Positions 41,132-50,787 are shown, counted from the first letter of the stretch. The stretch: DNA of 64,000 bases from an uncultured Solirubrobacterales bacterium (GCA_963771915.1 CAVYVD010000002.1:506511-570510), one strand, 5' to 3'. The notes: a model not told the origin generated them from the letters alone. Program-made: numbers and translations.

Positions 41132-43057
41132 ATGGCCGCCCACTCGCTCCGCCGCTTCGAGATCGCGCCGTGCCCGCAGTCGCAACTGCGGGCGCTAGAA
41201 GGCGAGCTCGGGGTGAGCGGGCCGGTGGCGCAGGTCCTGGTGCGTCGCGGTCTCGGCGACCCGCTGCGCGCGCGGGAGTTCCTGAGGGCCGACGAGGATC
41301 ACCCGCCGGGTGCGTTCGCCGGCATCGAGGAGGCGATCGCGATGATCCTCGCCCATGTGCGCTCCGCCACGCGGATCACTGTGCACGGGGACTACGACGT
41401 GGACGGGATCTGCTCGACGGCGGTGCTGGTGCGGGCTCTGCGGGCGCTGGGGGCGGACGTCGACTGGTACCTGCCCGACCGCTCGAGCGATGGGTACGGA
41501 CTGAACGCGAAGACCGTGCGGCGCCTGAAGGAGCGCGGGACGCGACTGCTGCTCACCGCGGACTGCGGCATCACCGCCGTGGAGGAGGTGGACCTGGCGC
41601 GGACACTGGGGATCGAGGTCGTGGTCAGCGACCACCACTCCCCCCGCGCCGACGGGGCGCTGCCGCGGGCGCCGATCGTACACCCCGCGGTGTGCGGGTA
41701 TCCCTGCCCCGGTCTCTGCGCGACCGCGGTGGCCTACAAGCTGGCGCTCGCGCTGTGGGAGGGCGTGGATGGCGCGGGCTCCACGATCGAGCGGCCCCTC
41801 CCGCCGGGAGCCGCTGCGCACGGCGCAGGGGATGACCACGGCTCTCCCGGCGCGCGCTATGACCCGCACGAGGATCTCGACCTGGTGGCGCTGGCGACGA
41901 TCGCGGACGTGGTGCCGCTGCTCGGCGAGAACCGCGCGCTCGTGCGCCGCGGGCTGCGGGCGCTGGCGGGCACGGCCAAGCCGGGGCTGCGGGCGCTGCT
42001 CGCGGTGGCGCGCTCCTCCGCCGGCGAGGTGAACGAGCGCACGGTGGGCTTCGCGCTGGCCCCCCGGCTGAACGCCGCGGGGCGGATGCACCGGGCCGAT
42101 GCGGGCCTGGAGCTCATCCTGACCGAGGACCCCGCGCGCGCGCGGGAGATCGCGGCGGAGCTCGACCGCGCCAACCGCGAGCGCAGACACGTCGAGACGC
42201 GCATTCTGTTCGACGCCGAGCGTCAGGTGGCGGCGCTGGGCGAGCGCGCGGGGTATGTGCTCGCGGGCGAGGAGTGGCACCCCGGGGTGATCGGGATCGT
42301 GGCCTCGCGCCTGGCCGAGCGCCACCACCGCCCGTTCGTGTTGATCGCGCTGGAGGGCGCCGCTGGCCGAAGCGGGGATGCGAGCCGAAGGCGAGTGTCT
42401 CCCGACTTCGGCCGAAGCGGGGATGCGGGAGCGTCTCCCGACGTCGGTCGAGGGTCGGGCCGCAGCATCGCGGGCTTCGACCTGTTGGGTGCGCTGGACG
42501 TCTGCGCGGGACACCTGGTGCGCCACGGCGGCCATGAAGCGGCGGCGGGCCTGGAGATCGAGCGTGCGAGCTTGGAGGGGTTCGGAGAGGCGTTCGCGGC
42601 TCACGCCGAGCGTGTCCTGGGCGCAGATCTGCTGGTGGCGAGAGAGCGCGTGGACGCGGTCGTGCGGGGCGGGGAGCTGGGGATGGAGCTCGCGGAGGAG
42701 CTGCAGACGCTGGCCCCGTTCGGGCACGCCAACCCGGCGGTGGCGCTGCTGGTGCGGGGCGCGAGGTTCGCCGATCGCAGAGCGATGGGGGAGGGTAGGC
42801 ACGTGCGCTTCACGGTCCTCGCGGACGGCGCCCGGGCCCGCGCGGTGGCCTTCGGCTCCGGCGCGAGCCTGCCGGTGCGCGACGGGGCTCCCGCGGACGC
42901 GACCTTCGCGCTGGAGGTCAACGAGTGGAGGGGGGTGAGCGAGCCGCGCCTGGTGCTGCGCCACGTCCAACCGGCGCAGGGCGAGCAGATCGAGCCCGAG
43001 CCCGCCCGGGTCGCGCCCGAGTCCCACGAGGAGCCGGACCTGGTCCTCTTCGCCTGA
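41132..43057 (+). CDS. recJ: ssDNA exonuclease RecJ
   Basis: GDYDVDG, DCGI, SDHH, PRLNAAGR, GGHEAAAG. Confidence 0.96.
   Translation: MAAHSLRRFEIAPCPQSQLRALEGELGVSGPVAQVLVRRGLGDPLRAREFLRADEDHPPGAFAGIEEAIAMILAHVRSATRITVHGDYDVDGICSTAVLVRALRALGADVDWYLPDRSSDGYGLNAKTVRRLKERGTRLLLTADCGITAVEEVDLARTLGIEVVVSDHHSPRADGALPRAPIVHPAVCGYPCPGLCATAVAYKLALALWEGVDGAGSTIERPLPPGAAAHGAGDDHGSPGARYDPHEDLDLVALATIADVVPLLGENRALVRRGLRALAGTAKPGLRALLAVARSSAGEVNERTVGFALAPRLNAAGRMHRADAGLELILTEDPARAREIAAELDRANRERRHVETRILFDAERQVAALGERAGYVLAGEEWHPGVIGIVASRLAERHHRPFVLIALEGAAGRSGDASRRRVSPDFGRSGDAGASPDVGRGSGRSIAGFDLLGALDVCAGHLVRHGGHEAAAGLEIERASLEGFGEAFAAHAERVLGADLLVARERVDAVVRGGELGMELAEELQTLAPFGHANPAVALLVRGARFADRRAMGEGRHVRFTVLADGARARAVAFGSGASLPVRDGAPADATFALEVNEWRGVSEPRLVLRHVQPAQGEQIEPEPARVAPESHEEPDLVLFA
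42365..42449 (+). repeat. Palindromic coding element, copies 5+6 (tandem, in recJ)
   Basis: ggccgaagcggggatgcgagccgaaggcgagtgtctcccgacttc-ggccgaagcggggatgcgggagcgtctcccgacgtcggtc. Confidence 0.85.
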
Positions 43058-43084
43058 CCCCTCCGGTCGCCTACCCTTAAGGCA

Positions 43085-45574
43085 ATGGCCACACCCCAGG
43101 AGCAGAAGAACCCCGTGAGGGAGCCCGACCGAACGGCCGCGCCGGCGGTCGATATCGGCTCCCACCCGCCCGACCGATCGGCGGCGCCGGCTGATATCCG
43201 GTCCCACCCGCCCGACCGATCGAAGATCGGCCAGCAGCTCGGCGAGCTCGAGCGCCGGCTGCTGGGCGACCTGTTCGCGATCGTCTCCGAGCACGCGGCC
43301 GACTCGGCCGTGCAGATCGACCGGGCGCGCGTGGAAGAGGCGTTCGTGTTCGCCTGCGAGCACCACGCCGCGCAGCGGCGCAAGTCCGGCGAGGACTTCA
43401 TCGTGCACCCGGTGGGGGTCGCGCGGATCTGCGCGGGGATGCGCCTGGACACCGAGACGCTGTGCGCGGCGCTGCTGCACGACACCGTGGAGGACACCTC
43501 GGCCTCGATCGCGCAGGTGCGCGAGTGCTTCGGGGAGGAGGTCGCGAACGTGGTGGACGGCGTCACGAAGCTGACCGGCATCACCTTCCACTCGCGCGAT
43601 GAGGCGCAGGCGGAGAACTACCGCAAGATGATGGTGGCGATGGCCACCGACGTGCGGGTCATCCTGATCAAGCTCGCCGACCGCCTGCACAACATGCGCA
43701 CGATCGAGGCGATGCCCAAGCAGAAGCAGATCGACAAGGCGAAGGAGACCCTGGAGATCTACGCCCCGATCGCGCACCGCCTGGGCATCCACGCGATCAA
43801 GTGGGAGCTCGAGGATCTCGCGTTCGCGACCCTGCACCCCCGCAAGTACCAGGAGATCAAGGGTCTGGTGGCCCAGCAGCGCGACGACCGCGAGCACTAC
43901 GTGAGCGAGGCCGGGGAGTACCTGGCGGGCGAGCTCGAGCGCCTCGGCATCGAGGCGCAGATCGCGGGGCGCGCCAAGCACTTCTACTCGATCTACTCGA
44001 AGATGACCAAGAAGGGCAAGGAGTTCAACGAGATCTACGACCTCACCGCGATGCGCGTGATCGTGAGCTCCGTGAAGGACTGCTACGGGGCGGTGGGGGT
44101 GATCCACTCGCTGTGGAAGCCGCTGCCGGGGCGCTTCAAGGACTTCATCGCGATGCCCAAGTTCAACATGTACCAGTCGCTGCACACCACCGTGATCGGG
44201 CCCGAGGGGCGGCCGCTGGAGATCCAGATTCGCACGCAGGACATGCACGAGATGGCGGAGTTCGGGGTGGCGGCGCACTGGATGTACAAGCAGCGCAGGG
44301 GAGCCGGGCCCGGCGGGGGTGGCTCCTCCCACTCCGGACCCCACCCCGGGCACTCGGCAGCGGAGGGGCCGGGCGCCTCCCCGGCCACGACGCACCGAGA
44401 GGGCCGCCAAGGGGCGACGCCCTCGTGGCCGGAGGACGCGAAGCTCAAGTGGCTGCGCTCGATGCTGGACTGGCAGCAGGACATGTCCGACCCCCAGGAG
44501 TTCATGGAGAGCCTGAAGATCGACCTGTTCGAGGACGAGGTGTACGTGTTCACCCCAAAGGGGGAGGTCAAGTCGCTGGCGTTGGGCGCGACGCCGCTGG
44601 ACTTCGCCTACGAGGTACACACCGAGATCGGCCACCGCTGCGTGGGGGCGCGGGTGAACGGCAAGATCGTGCCGCTGCACTACGAGCTGCGCAGCGGGGA
44701 CATCGTGGAGATCCTCACCACCAAGCGCGAGCGGGGCCCCTCGCGGGACTGGCTGGCGATGGTCAAGACGACCCGCGCGCGCAACAAGATCAAGGCGTGG
44801 TTCAAAGCGGAGTCCCGCCAGGACACCGAGCACTCCGGCCGCGACCTGCTCCAGGAGCACCTCAAGAAACAAGGCCTTCCGGCACAGCGGATCACCGGCT
44901 CGGCGCTGCTGGCGGACGTGATCCGCGAAATGGGCTACCGCAAGGCGGACGACTTCTACATCGCCCTGGGCGGCGCGAAGGTCTCCCCGAAGATCGTCAT
45001 CAACAAGGTGCTGCAGCGCCTCAAGCAGGGCGAGGCCGCCGACGGGGGGGCGACCGCTGCCAGCGACCTCCTCAAGGTGGGGCGCTCCGCGCGGCGCCCC
45101 ACGCGCTCCTCCGGTCAGTACGGGATCCGGGTGGAGGGCGTGGAGGACGTGATGCTGCGCCTGGCCAAGTGCTGCCGCCCGGTGCCGGGGGACCCGATCG
45201 TGGGCTACATCTCCCTCGGCCGGGGCATCACGATCCACCGCGAGGACTGCCCCAACGCGACGGTGCTGCGCAAGAACCCCGAACGCTTCACGCAGGTCCA
45301 CTGGGAGGGCGAGCAGGCGAGCGCGTTCGTGGTGGAAATCCAGATCGACGCCTGGGACCGCCACCGACTACTGGAGGACCTCTCGCGGGTCTTCTCCGAG
45401 GCGGGCGCCAACATCGTGGAAGCGCGCTGCCTCTCCAACCCGCCGATGGTCAAGAACCGCTTCGTGGTGGAGGTGGCGGACACGCACTCCCTGAAGGGCG
45501 CGATCAACCGCCTGCGCAACACCGAGTCGGTGTTCGACGCCTACCGAGTGATCCCGGGCAGCGCCGCGGGGTAG
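43085..45574 (+). CDS. relA: Bifunctional (p)ppGpp synthetase/hydrolase Rel
   Basis: LLHDTVED, KLADRLHNMRT, YQSLHT, EIQIRT; TGS and ACT domains. Confidence 0.97.
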   Translation: MATPQEQKNPVREPDRTAAPAVDIGSHPPDRSAAPADIRSHPPDRSKIGQQLGELERRLLGDLFAIVSEHAADSAVQIDRARVEEAFVFACEHHAAQRRKSGEDFIVHPVGVARICAGMRLDTETLCAALLHDTVEDTSASIAQVRECFGEEVANVVDGVTKLTGITFHSRDEAQAENYRKMMVAMATDVRVILIKLADRLHNMRTIEAMPKQKQIDKAKETLEIYAPIAHRLGIHAIKWELEDLAFATLHPRKYQEIKGLVAQQRDDREHYVSEAGEYLAGELERLGIEAQIAGRAKHFYSIYSKMTKKGKEFNEIYDLTAMRVIVSSVKDCYGAVGVIHSLWKPLPGRFKDFIAMPKFNMYQSLHTTVIGPEGRPLEIQIRTQDMHEMAEFGVAAHWMYKQRRGAGPGGGGSSHSGPHPGHSAAEGPGASPATTHREGRQGATPSWPEDAKLKWLRSMLDWQQDMSDPQEFMESLKIDLFEDEVYVFTPKGEVKSLALGATPLDFAYEVHTEIGHRCVGARVNGKIVPLHYELRSGDIVEILTTKRERGPSRDWLAMVKTTRARNKIKAWFKAESRQDTEHSGRDLLQEHLKKQGLPAQRITGSALLADVIREMGYRKADDFYIALGGAKVSPKIVINKVLQRLKQGEAADGGATAASDLLKVGRSARRPTRSSGQYGIRVEGVEDVMLRLAKCCRPVPGDPIVGYISLGRGITIHREDCPNATVLRKNPERFTQVHWEGEQASAFVVEIQIDAWDRHRLLEDLSRVFSEAGANIVEARCLSNPPMVKNRFVVEVADTHSLKGAINRLRNTESVFDAYRVIPGSAAG

Positions 45575-46576
45575 TCACGCCACGACGTTCAGGGCCCGCG
45601 GCAGGATCGAGTAGCGGGCCTCCCGCACCTCGCCGAGGTAGTCGCCGTCGACCTGCAGGGGCAGCGCTCTGTCATCGGCGCTGCGGACGGTCAGCTCGGT
45701 GGCGGGCGCGAGGGCGGTGATCTGGCGGTGGCGGGAGAGGCGCGCGTGCTTGGAGAAGGCGCGCAGGGCGATCGAGGGCATGTCGAGCGGACGGGCGCGG
45801 TGCAGGACGCAGGCCGAGAGCGTGCCGGAGTCGAGCTTCGCGTCGTCGGCGATCTCGATGGGGCGGGTGTTGAAGTAGGTGAAGGGGGAGCCGTTCTGCA
45901 CGATCGCCGTGACGCCGGCGTGCTCCTCGCTGTCCATGTGGGTGGTGAGGCGCGGTGGGCGCACGAGGTAGCGCCGGGTGAACGTGGCGACGGCGACCAG
46001 CGTGAAGAACCAGGGGCCCCAGCGGGCCTTGCGCCGTGGGTTGGCGTCCACGCGCTGCACGACGGAGGCGTCGAGGCCGAGGCCGGAGGCGAAGGTGAAG
46101 CAGCGCCCGTTGACGACGCCGAGGTCGACCCTGTGTACGCGCCAGTCGTCGGCCATGCCCAGCAGGTGCTCGGTGGCGTCGATCAGCTCGCCGGGGATGC
46201 CGAGCATCTTGGCGAACACGTTGGCCGAGCCGCCGGGCAGGCAGGTTAGGGGGGTGGGGGAGCCCATCAATCCGTTGGCGGCTTCGTTGACGGTTCCGTC
46301 TCCGCCGAAGGCCACGACCACGTCGTAGCCCTCGTGGGCGGCCTCGCGGCAGAGCTCGGTGGCGTGGCCGCGGGCCTCGGTGTCGACGGCGTCGACCTCG
46401 AAGCGGTCCCGCAGCGCGTGGACGACGAGGTGGCGCAGTCCGTCGGAGACCGTGGAGGCGTAGGGGTTGACGATGATCAGCATGCGCTTCTTGGGCGCCT
46501 CGATGCCCGCCTGGGCGAGGTCGAAGCCCTCCTCGCCCCGCGGCCGCCGCTGCTCAGCTGGCAGAATGGTGCTCAC
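45575..46576 (-). CDS. Diacylglycerol/lipid kinase family protein
   Basis: IVNPYA, GGDGTVNE, PGGSANVFA, QVDGD. Confidence 0.92.
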   Translation of the reverse strand: MSTILPAEQRRPRGEEGFDLAQAGIEAPKKRMLIIVNPYASTVSDGLRHLVVHALRDRFEVDAVDTEARGHATELCREAAHEGYDVVVAFGGDGTVNEAANGLMGSPTPLTCLPGGSANVFAKMLGIPGELIDATEHLLGMADDWRVHRVDLGVVNGRCFTFASGLGLDASVVQRVDANPRRKARWGPWFFTLVAVATFTRRYLVRPPRLTTHMDSEEHAGVTAIVQNGSPFTYFNTRPIEIADDAKLDSGTLSACVLHRARPLDMPSIALRAFSKHARLSRHRQITALAPATELTVRSADDRALPLQVDGDYLGEVREARYSILPRALNVVA

Positions 46577-46669
46577 AGCGACGCCTACACCGCCGCGGTG
46601 GCGGCGTTACCCCCGAGATGGACCGCTAACCCATTTCCGCCGCGGGTCCGATATACTGCCCATAGCAGT

Positions 46670-46803
46670 ACACATCAAGAGGGGTGGAGGGACTGGCCCG
46701 AAGAAGCCCCGGCAACCACCGCGTCCCAACGCGGAAGGTGCCAATTCCAGACAGATGTGTGGCGGGCTTCACGTTCTTCGCCACACGGGACACGGCGAAG
46801 ACG
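46670..46803 (+). ncRNA. SAM riboswitch (SAM-I core, P4-less variant) with expression platform
   Basis: P1 ACACATC/GATGTGT; AGA; GAGGGACTGGCCC..GAAG; GGCAACC...GGTGCCAATTCC; TATACT -10 candidate at 46652. Confidence 0.9.
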
Positions 46804-46819
46804 ATAAAGGAGCCCAGAA

Positions 46820-48169
46820 ATGGCTGCCACGAACCTGAAGTGTCGAGAGTGCAAGGCGGAGTACCCACTGGAGGCGCTGTACGTGTGCGAGCGGTGCTTC
46901 GGCCCGCTGGAGGTCGCCTACGACCACAGCCGCCTGACTGACGGCGGCGTGGACGAGCTGCGCCGCCGCATCCAGGGGGGGCCGCAGAACATCTGGCGCT
47001 ACGCCGACTTCCTGCCGACCACGGCCTATGGCCGCGGTGCCCCCTCCGATGGCCGCGGTGCCACGGACGGACCGTCGGGGGGTACCGGGGGCGGGGGCTC
47101 GCTGCGCACGGGGCTGCCAGCGGGCTGCACCCCGTTGATCCGCGCCGATCGCCTTGCGCGGCGGCTGGGGCTGGGAGAGGTGTGGGTCAAGAACGACGCG
47201 GCCAATCCCACGCACTCCTTCAAGGACCGGGTGGTGTCGGTCGCGGCGGCGCGGGCTCGGGAGCTCGGCTTCCAGACGATCGCGTGCGCCTCCACCGGGA
47301 ACCTCGCGAATTCCGTGGCGGCGCACGGGGCGGCACTGGGTCTCGAGTCCTACGTGTTCATCCCCGCGGACCTCGAGGAGCAGAAGGTGCTCGCCACGGG
47401 CGTCTACGGTACCCGCCTGGTAGCCGTCAAAGGCAACTACGACGACGTCAACCGCCTCTGCACCGAGCTCTCCTCCGAGCGCGAGTGGGCGTTCGTGAAC
47501 ATCAACCTGCGCCCCTACTACGCGGAGGGCTCCAAGACGCTGGCATTCGAGATCGCCGAGCAGTTCGGCTTCGAGCTGCCCGATCGCTGCGTCGTGCCGA
47601 TCGCCTCGGGGTCGCTGTTCACGAAGATCGCCAAAGGCTTCGCGGAGTGGCGCGAGCTCGGACTGGTGAGCGGGGAGCTGCCGAGGATGAGTGGCGCCCA
47701 GGCTGAGGGCTGCGCCCCGGTGGCAAGCGCGTTCGCGGCCGGCCACGATGTGTGCAGGCCGGTGAAGCCCAACACGATCGCGAAGTCCCTGGCGATCGGA
47801 AACCCCGCCGATGGCCCCTATGCCCTGGAGGAGGCGCGTCGCAGCGGAGGCTCGATCGACGCGGTGAGCGACGAGGAGATCCGCGAGGGAATCGAACTGC
47901 TGGCCCAGACCACCGGCGTCTTCACCGAGACCGCCGGCGGGGTCACCACCGCGGTCCTGAAGAAGCTGGCCGACCAGGGAGCGATCGACCCCTCAGAGCG
48001 AGTCGTGCTGGTGATCACCGGCGAGGGTCTGAAGACACTGGACGCGGTGCGGGGCCGGTTCGAAACCCACGCGATCGCCCCCAGCGTGGAGGAGTTCGAG
48101 ACCAAGGTGGAGCCCCTCTTCCAGACGACCGCGGGGGACGCGGCGCTGGCGGGCAGCGGAAGGGGTTGA
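46820..48169 (+). CDS. thrC: Threonine synthase-like PLP enzyme
   Basis: N-term Zn ribbon; NPTHSFKDR, ASTGNLA, EGSKT, SLAIGNP. Confidence 0.9.
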   Translation: MAATNLKCRECKAEYPLEALYVCERCFGPLEVAYDHSRLTDGGVDELRRRIQGGPQNIWRYADFLPTTAYGRGAPSDGRGATDGPSGGTGGGGSLRTGLPAGCTPLIRADRLARRLGLGEVWVKNDAANPTHSFKDRVVSVAAARARELGFQTIACASTGNLANSVAAHGAALGLESYVFIPADLEEQKVLATGVYGTRLVAVKGNYDDVNRLCTELSSEREWAFVNINLRPYYAEGSKTLAFEIAEQFGFELPDRCVVPIASGSLFTKIAKGFAEWRELGLVSGELPRMSGAQAEGCAPVASAFAAGHDVCRPVKPNTIAKSLAIGNPADGPYALEEARRSGGSIDAVSDEEIREGIELLAQTTGVFTETAGGVTTAVLKKLADQGAIDPSERVVLVITGEGLKTLDAVRGRFETHAIAPSVEEFETKVEPLFQTTAGDAALAGSGRG

Positions 48170-48173
48170 GAGG

Positions 48174-48449
48174 GTGTCGGTAACCGTAAAGATCCCCACC
48201 CAGCTGCGAGCCGCCACGGAGGGCGCAACCGAGGCACAGCTGGAAGGCGAAACCGTCCAGGAGGTGCTGGACGGCCTCTTCGACCGCTTCGGCGAGTTGC
48301 GCGAGCGAATCTCAGACCAGGACGGCTCCCTGCGGCGCTTCGTGAACATCTACCTGAGCGGAGAGGACATCCGCTTCCTGGACGGCCTCCAAACACCAGT
48401 CGCAGACGGCGCAGAGCTAACGATTCTCCCCGCGGTAGCAGGCGGCTGA
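48174..48449 (+). CDS. MoaD/ThiS/CysO-type sulfur carrier protein
   Basis: LRRFVNIY..EDIRFLDGL; C-terminal PAVAGG. Confidence 0.93.
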   Translation: MSVTVKIPTQLRAATEGATEAQLEGETVQEVLDGLFDRFGELRERISDQDGSLRRFVNIYLSGEDIRFLDGLQTPVADGAELTILPAVAGG

Positions 48450-48547
48450 CACAAGCACCCGCCGCACGCAGGCCGCCAAAGAGAACGGCCAAAACGAGCT
48501 TCAAAGAGCGCCCCAGCGCCCCAGCGCTACCAACCAGTGCGCGAAGC

Positions 48548-48772
48548 TCAGCGCACGTGAGCCACGTGATGAACGGCCGGAGCCCCAGCCCCAGCCACAG
48601 GCACCGAGGAGCCGCTGACCCCAATAGTCGACACCAGCCCAGCCGCACACATGGCCCCAACAGTAAGCGCCCGCATACGCCGAGGCGTAAGCCACCCCAT
48701 ATGGTGGGTCTGCAACCAAGTCCGAAACCCACTGGCAGCCGAAGCCGCAGCCATAGCGCAACCAACACACAT
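48548..48772 (-). CDS. Small membrane protein with N-terminal MCxxC
   Basis: MCVGCAM...WLTPRRMRALT plus hydrophobic helix; directly downstream of the ctaG-like gene. Confidence 0.6.
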   Translation of the reverse strand: MCVGCAMAAASAASGFRTWLQTHHMGWLTPRRMRALTVGAMCAAGLVSTIGVSGSSVPVAGAGAPAVHHVAHVR

Positions 48773-48785
48773 ACCCAGATCATAG

Positions 48786-49787
48786 TCAAGCGGCATCGAA
48801 CCCACCCCCATAAAGGGAGGGGGGAGGGGGGTCCGAGGGGGGAGGGGGGAGGGGAACCCTCACACCTCCCCCCTCAGGAGGCGACCCGCCACCATCCACA
48901 CGACTCTCAAGCCGCCGGCGCAGCTCGTCCCCGCGCCCCGCGGAGACAGCGCGAGCAACCCGCTTCTCGCTAACCGGAATCCCGCGCAGGCGAGCAAAGT
49001 CAAGCAGCTCCTGGCGCTCCTCCGCCTCACGAGCAGTACGCAGGAAGAGCCAGCAGAAGAGCCCGATCGTGAGCAGGCTCTCCTCGATCATCATGATCGC
49101 CCCAGCAAGGTTCTGGTCAGCGATCGGGGAGATGTGGTGCAGCGAGTCGCTGTGCAGGTAGTAGGGGTAGAAGACCGTCCCGGACCAAAGAAAGATATTG
49201 CCAAGCGCGGTACCGGCAAGGCGCACGGCAACGATGTAGAGCAGCCTGCCGAGGTTCCCGAACCAGGCGGGCGTTGGCAGCGGCCCGAACAAGCACATCC
49301 ACATGTTGATCCCGAACCCAAGGAACATCGCGTGCTCAAGCGCATGCACCCAGGAGTTTTCAAGCGCGGCCTGGTAGAAGACCGGCAGGTGCCACCCATA
49401 GAAGTCGATCACCCAAAGCGGAAAGGCGATCAGCGGGTTGGCAAGCACGCGCAGACGGTCGAACAGCCGGATCTTGAGGATCGGCGCGATCAGGGGCCCG
49501 GTGAGCCCAAGCACGATCAGCAGCGCCGCGATGTCACCCAGCAGCAGGTGCTCGATCATGTGCACGAACAGCAGTTCCTGACTGGCCTTCCCAAGCGAGG
49601 TGAGCGCCGCGCCGATCACAACGAATCCCGAGTAGAAGCACCCCTGCCGCCATCCCGGCACGGGGTGTCCAGCGAGCGCAAGCGTGCGCACCCGCCGCGC
49701 ATAGAGCAGGCCGAGGATTGTCAGCGGCCCAAGCTGCATGGCGGCAAGCAGCTCGGTGGAGACGGCGAGCGGAGGTACGGGGGTCAC
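48786..49787 (-). CDS. Cytochrome c oxidase assembly protein (Caa3_CtaG family)
   Basis: HMIEHLLL, WHLP.FYQAAL, HALEH, DQNLAGAIM. Confidence 0.9.
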   Translation of the reverse strand: MTPVPPLAVSTELLAAMQLGPLTILGLLYARRVRTLALAGHPVPGWRQGCFYSGFVVIGAALTSLGKASQELLFVHMIEHLLLGDIAALLIVLGLTGPLIAPILKIRLFDRLRVLANPLIAFPLWVIDFYGWHLPVFYQAALENSWVHALEHAMFLGFGINMWMCLFGPLPTPAWFGNLGRLLYIVAVRLAGTALGNIFLWSGTVFYPYYLHSDSLHHISPIADQNLAGAIMMIEESLLTIGLFCWLFLRTAREAEERQELLDFARLRGIPVSEKRVARAVSAGRGDELRRRLESRVDGGGSPPEGGGVRVPLPPPPSDPPPPSLYGGGFDAA

Positions 49788-49995
49788 GACCCCCTCAGCC
49801 TATACGCGGCGCGATACGGCACAGTCGCAGATCGGAGTCCACCCCTGCGCTCTGCGGCCGGGAGCGGCGGTGATAGATTTCGGGGATGGCGGTGTTCGCA
49901 TGCCTCTACCACTGGTACACCTCGGCGATGTACGTGGCGCCTGTATTGGCCGTGGGCGGCTGGGGTTGGTGGAGCACCAAGCGGATGGCCAAGGG

Positions 49996-50787
49996 TCAGG
50001 ACAAGCGCCAGGCGTAGAGCAGGGCGGCCACGGAGGTGGCGAGGTTGAGGCTCGAGACGCCCTCGCGCATGGGCAGGCGCACGAGCGCGTCGGCGCGGCC
50101 GAGCAGCTCCTCGGAGAGCCCGCGCCGCTCGGCGCCGAACGCCAGGATCGCCCGGGTGGACAACAGCGCGGGACGCAGCTCCTCGCCGCCGGGATCGACA
50201 GCGACCAGCGGGCGGCGAGCGCCGGCGGGGCTGATCCGCTCGAGTGCATCCTCCCCCAGGCGGGCGACGGGCAGCGCGAAGTGAAGGCCCGCGCTGCCCC
50301 GCAGGGCGGCGGGGTCCCAGGGGTCATGGATACCCGTGGTGAGGACGCCGGCGACGTCGACGGCGGCCGCCACCCGCACGCAGGCGCCGATGTTGCCGAG
50401 GTCCTGGGGACGCTCCAGCAGCACGAGCGGCGCGGGGCGCGCGTCGCCGAGCAGCGCATCGGGGTCGACGAGTGGGCGGCGCGCGATCGCGATCACCCCA
50501 GTCGTGGGGGCCTGCGGCGCGAGCGACTCGAAGACCTCGGGGGCAACCGTCTGGGCGCCGGCGAGCATGAGCTCGAGCACGTCTGGGGCAAGGGTCCCCG
50601 CGAGCGCGCGCACCCTCGCGGGCTCGGCGGTGACGACGCGCTCCACCTGAGCCCCGAAACGCAGAGCGTGCTTGAGCGCATGCAGGCCCTCGAGCACCGC
50701 AAGCTGGGGATCGCGGCGGGCGTCGCGGAAGATCCTTTTCAGGCTCGCCGTGGGGGTTGCCGGATCGGCTTCGGCGGGGGGCCGCAC
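49996..50787 (-). CDS. TrmH/SpoU family RNA methyltransferase
   Basis: GNIGACVR, FGAERRGLS, LPM..VSSLNLATS. Confidence 0.92.
   Translation of the reverse strand: MRPPAEADPATPTASLKRIFRDARRDPQLAVLEGLHALKHALRFGAQVERVVTAEPARVRALAGTLAPDVLELMLAGAQTVAPEVFESLAPQAPTTGVIAIARRPLVDPDALLGDARPAPLVLLERPQDLGNIGACVRVAAAVDVAGVLTTGIHDPWDPAALRGSAGLHFALPVARLGEDALERISPAGARRPLVAVDPGGEELRPALLSTRAILAFGAERRGLSEELLGRADALVRLPMREGVSSLNLATSVAALLYAWRLS

Noticed and set aside
41195-45364. Very long antisense ORFs (also 37614..40769, 21968..24766, 4785..7064, 8914..11283)
   Set aside because: Shadow ORFs opposite well-supported genes; expected at this GC content
48815-48875. G-quadruplex-like G-runs at the ctaG-like 3' end
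   Set aside because: G-runs are common throughout the window and here encode a Pro-rich tail; nothing specific
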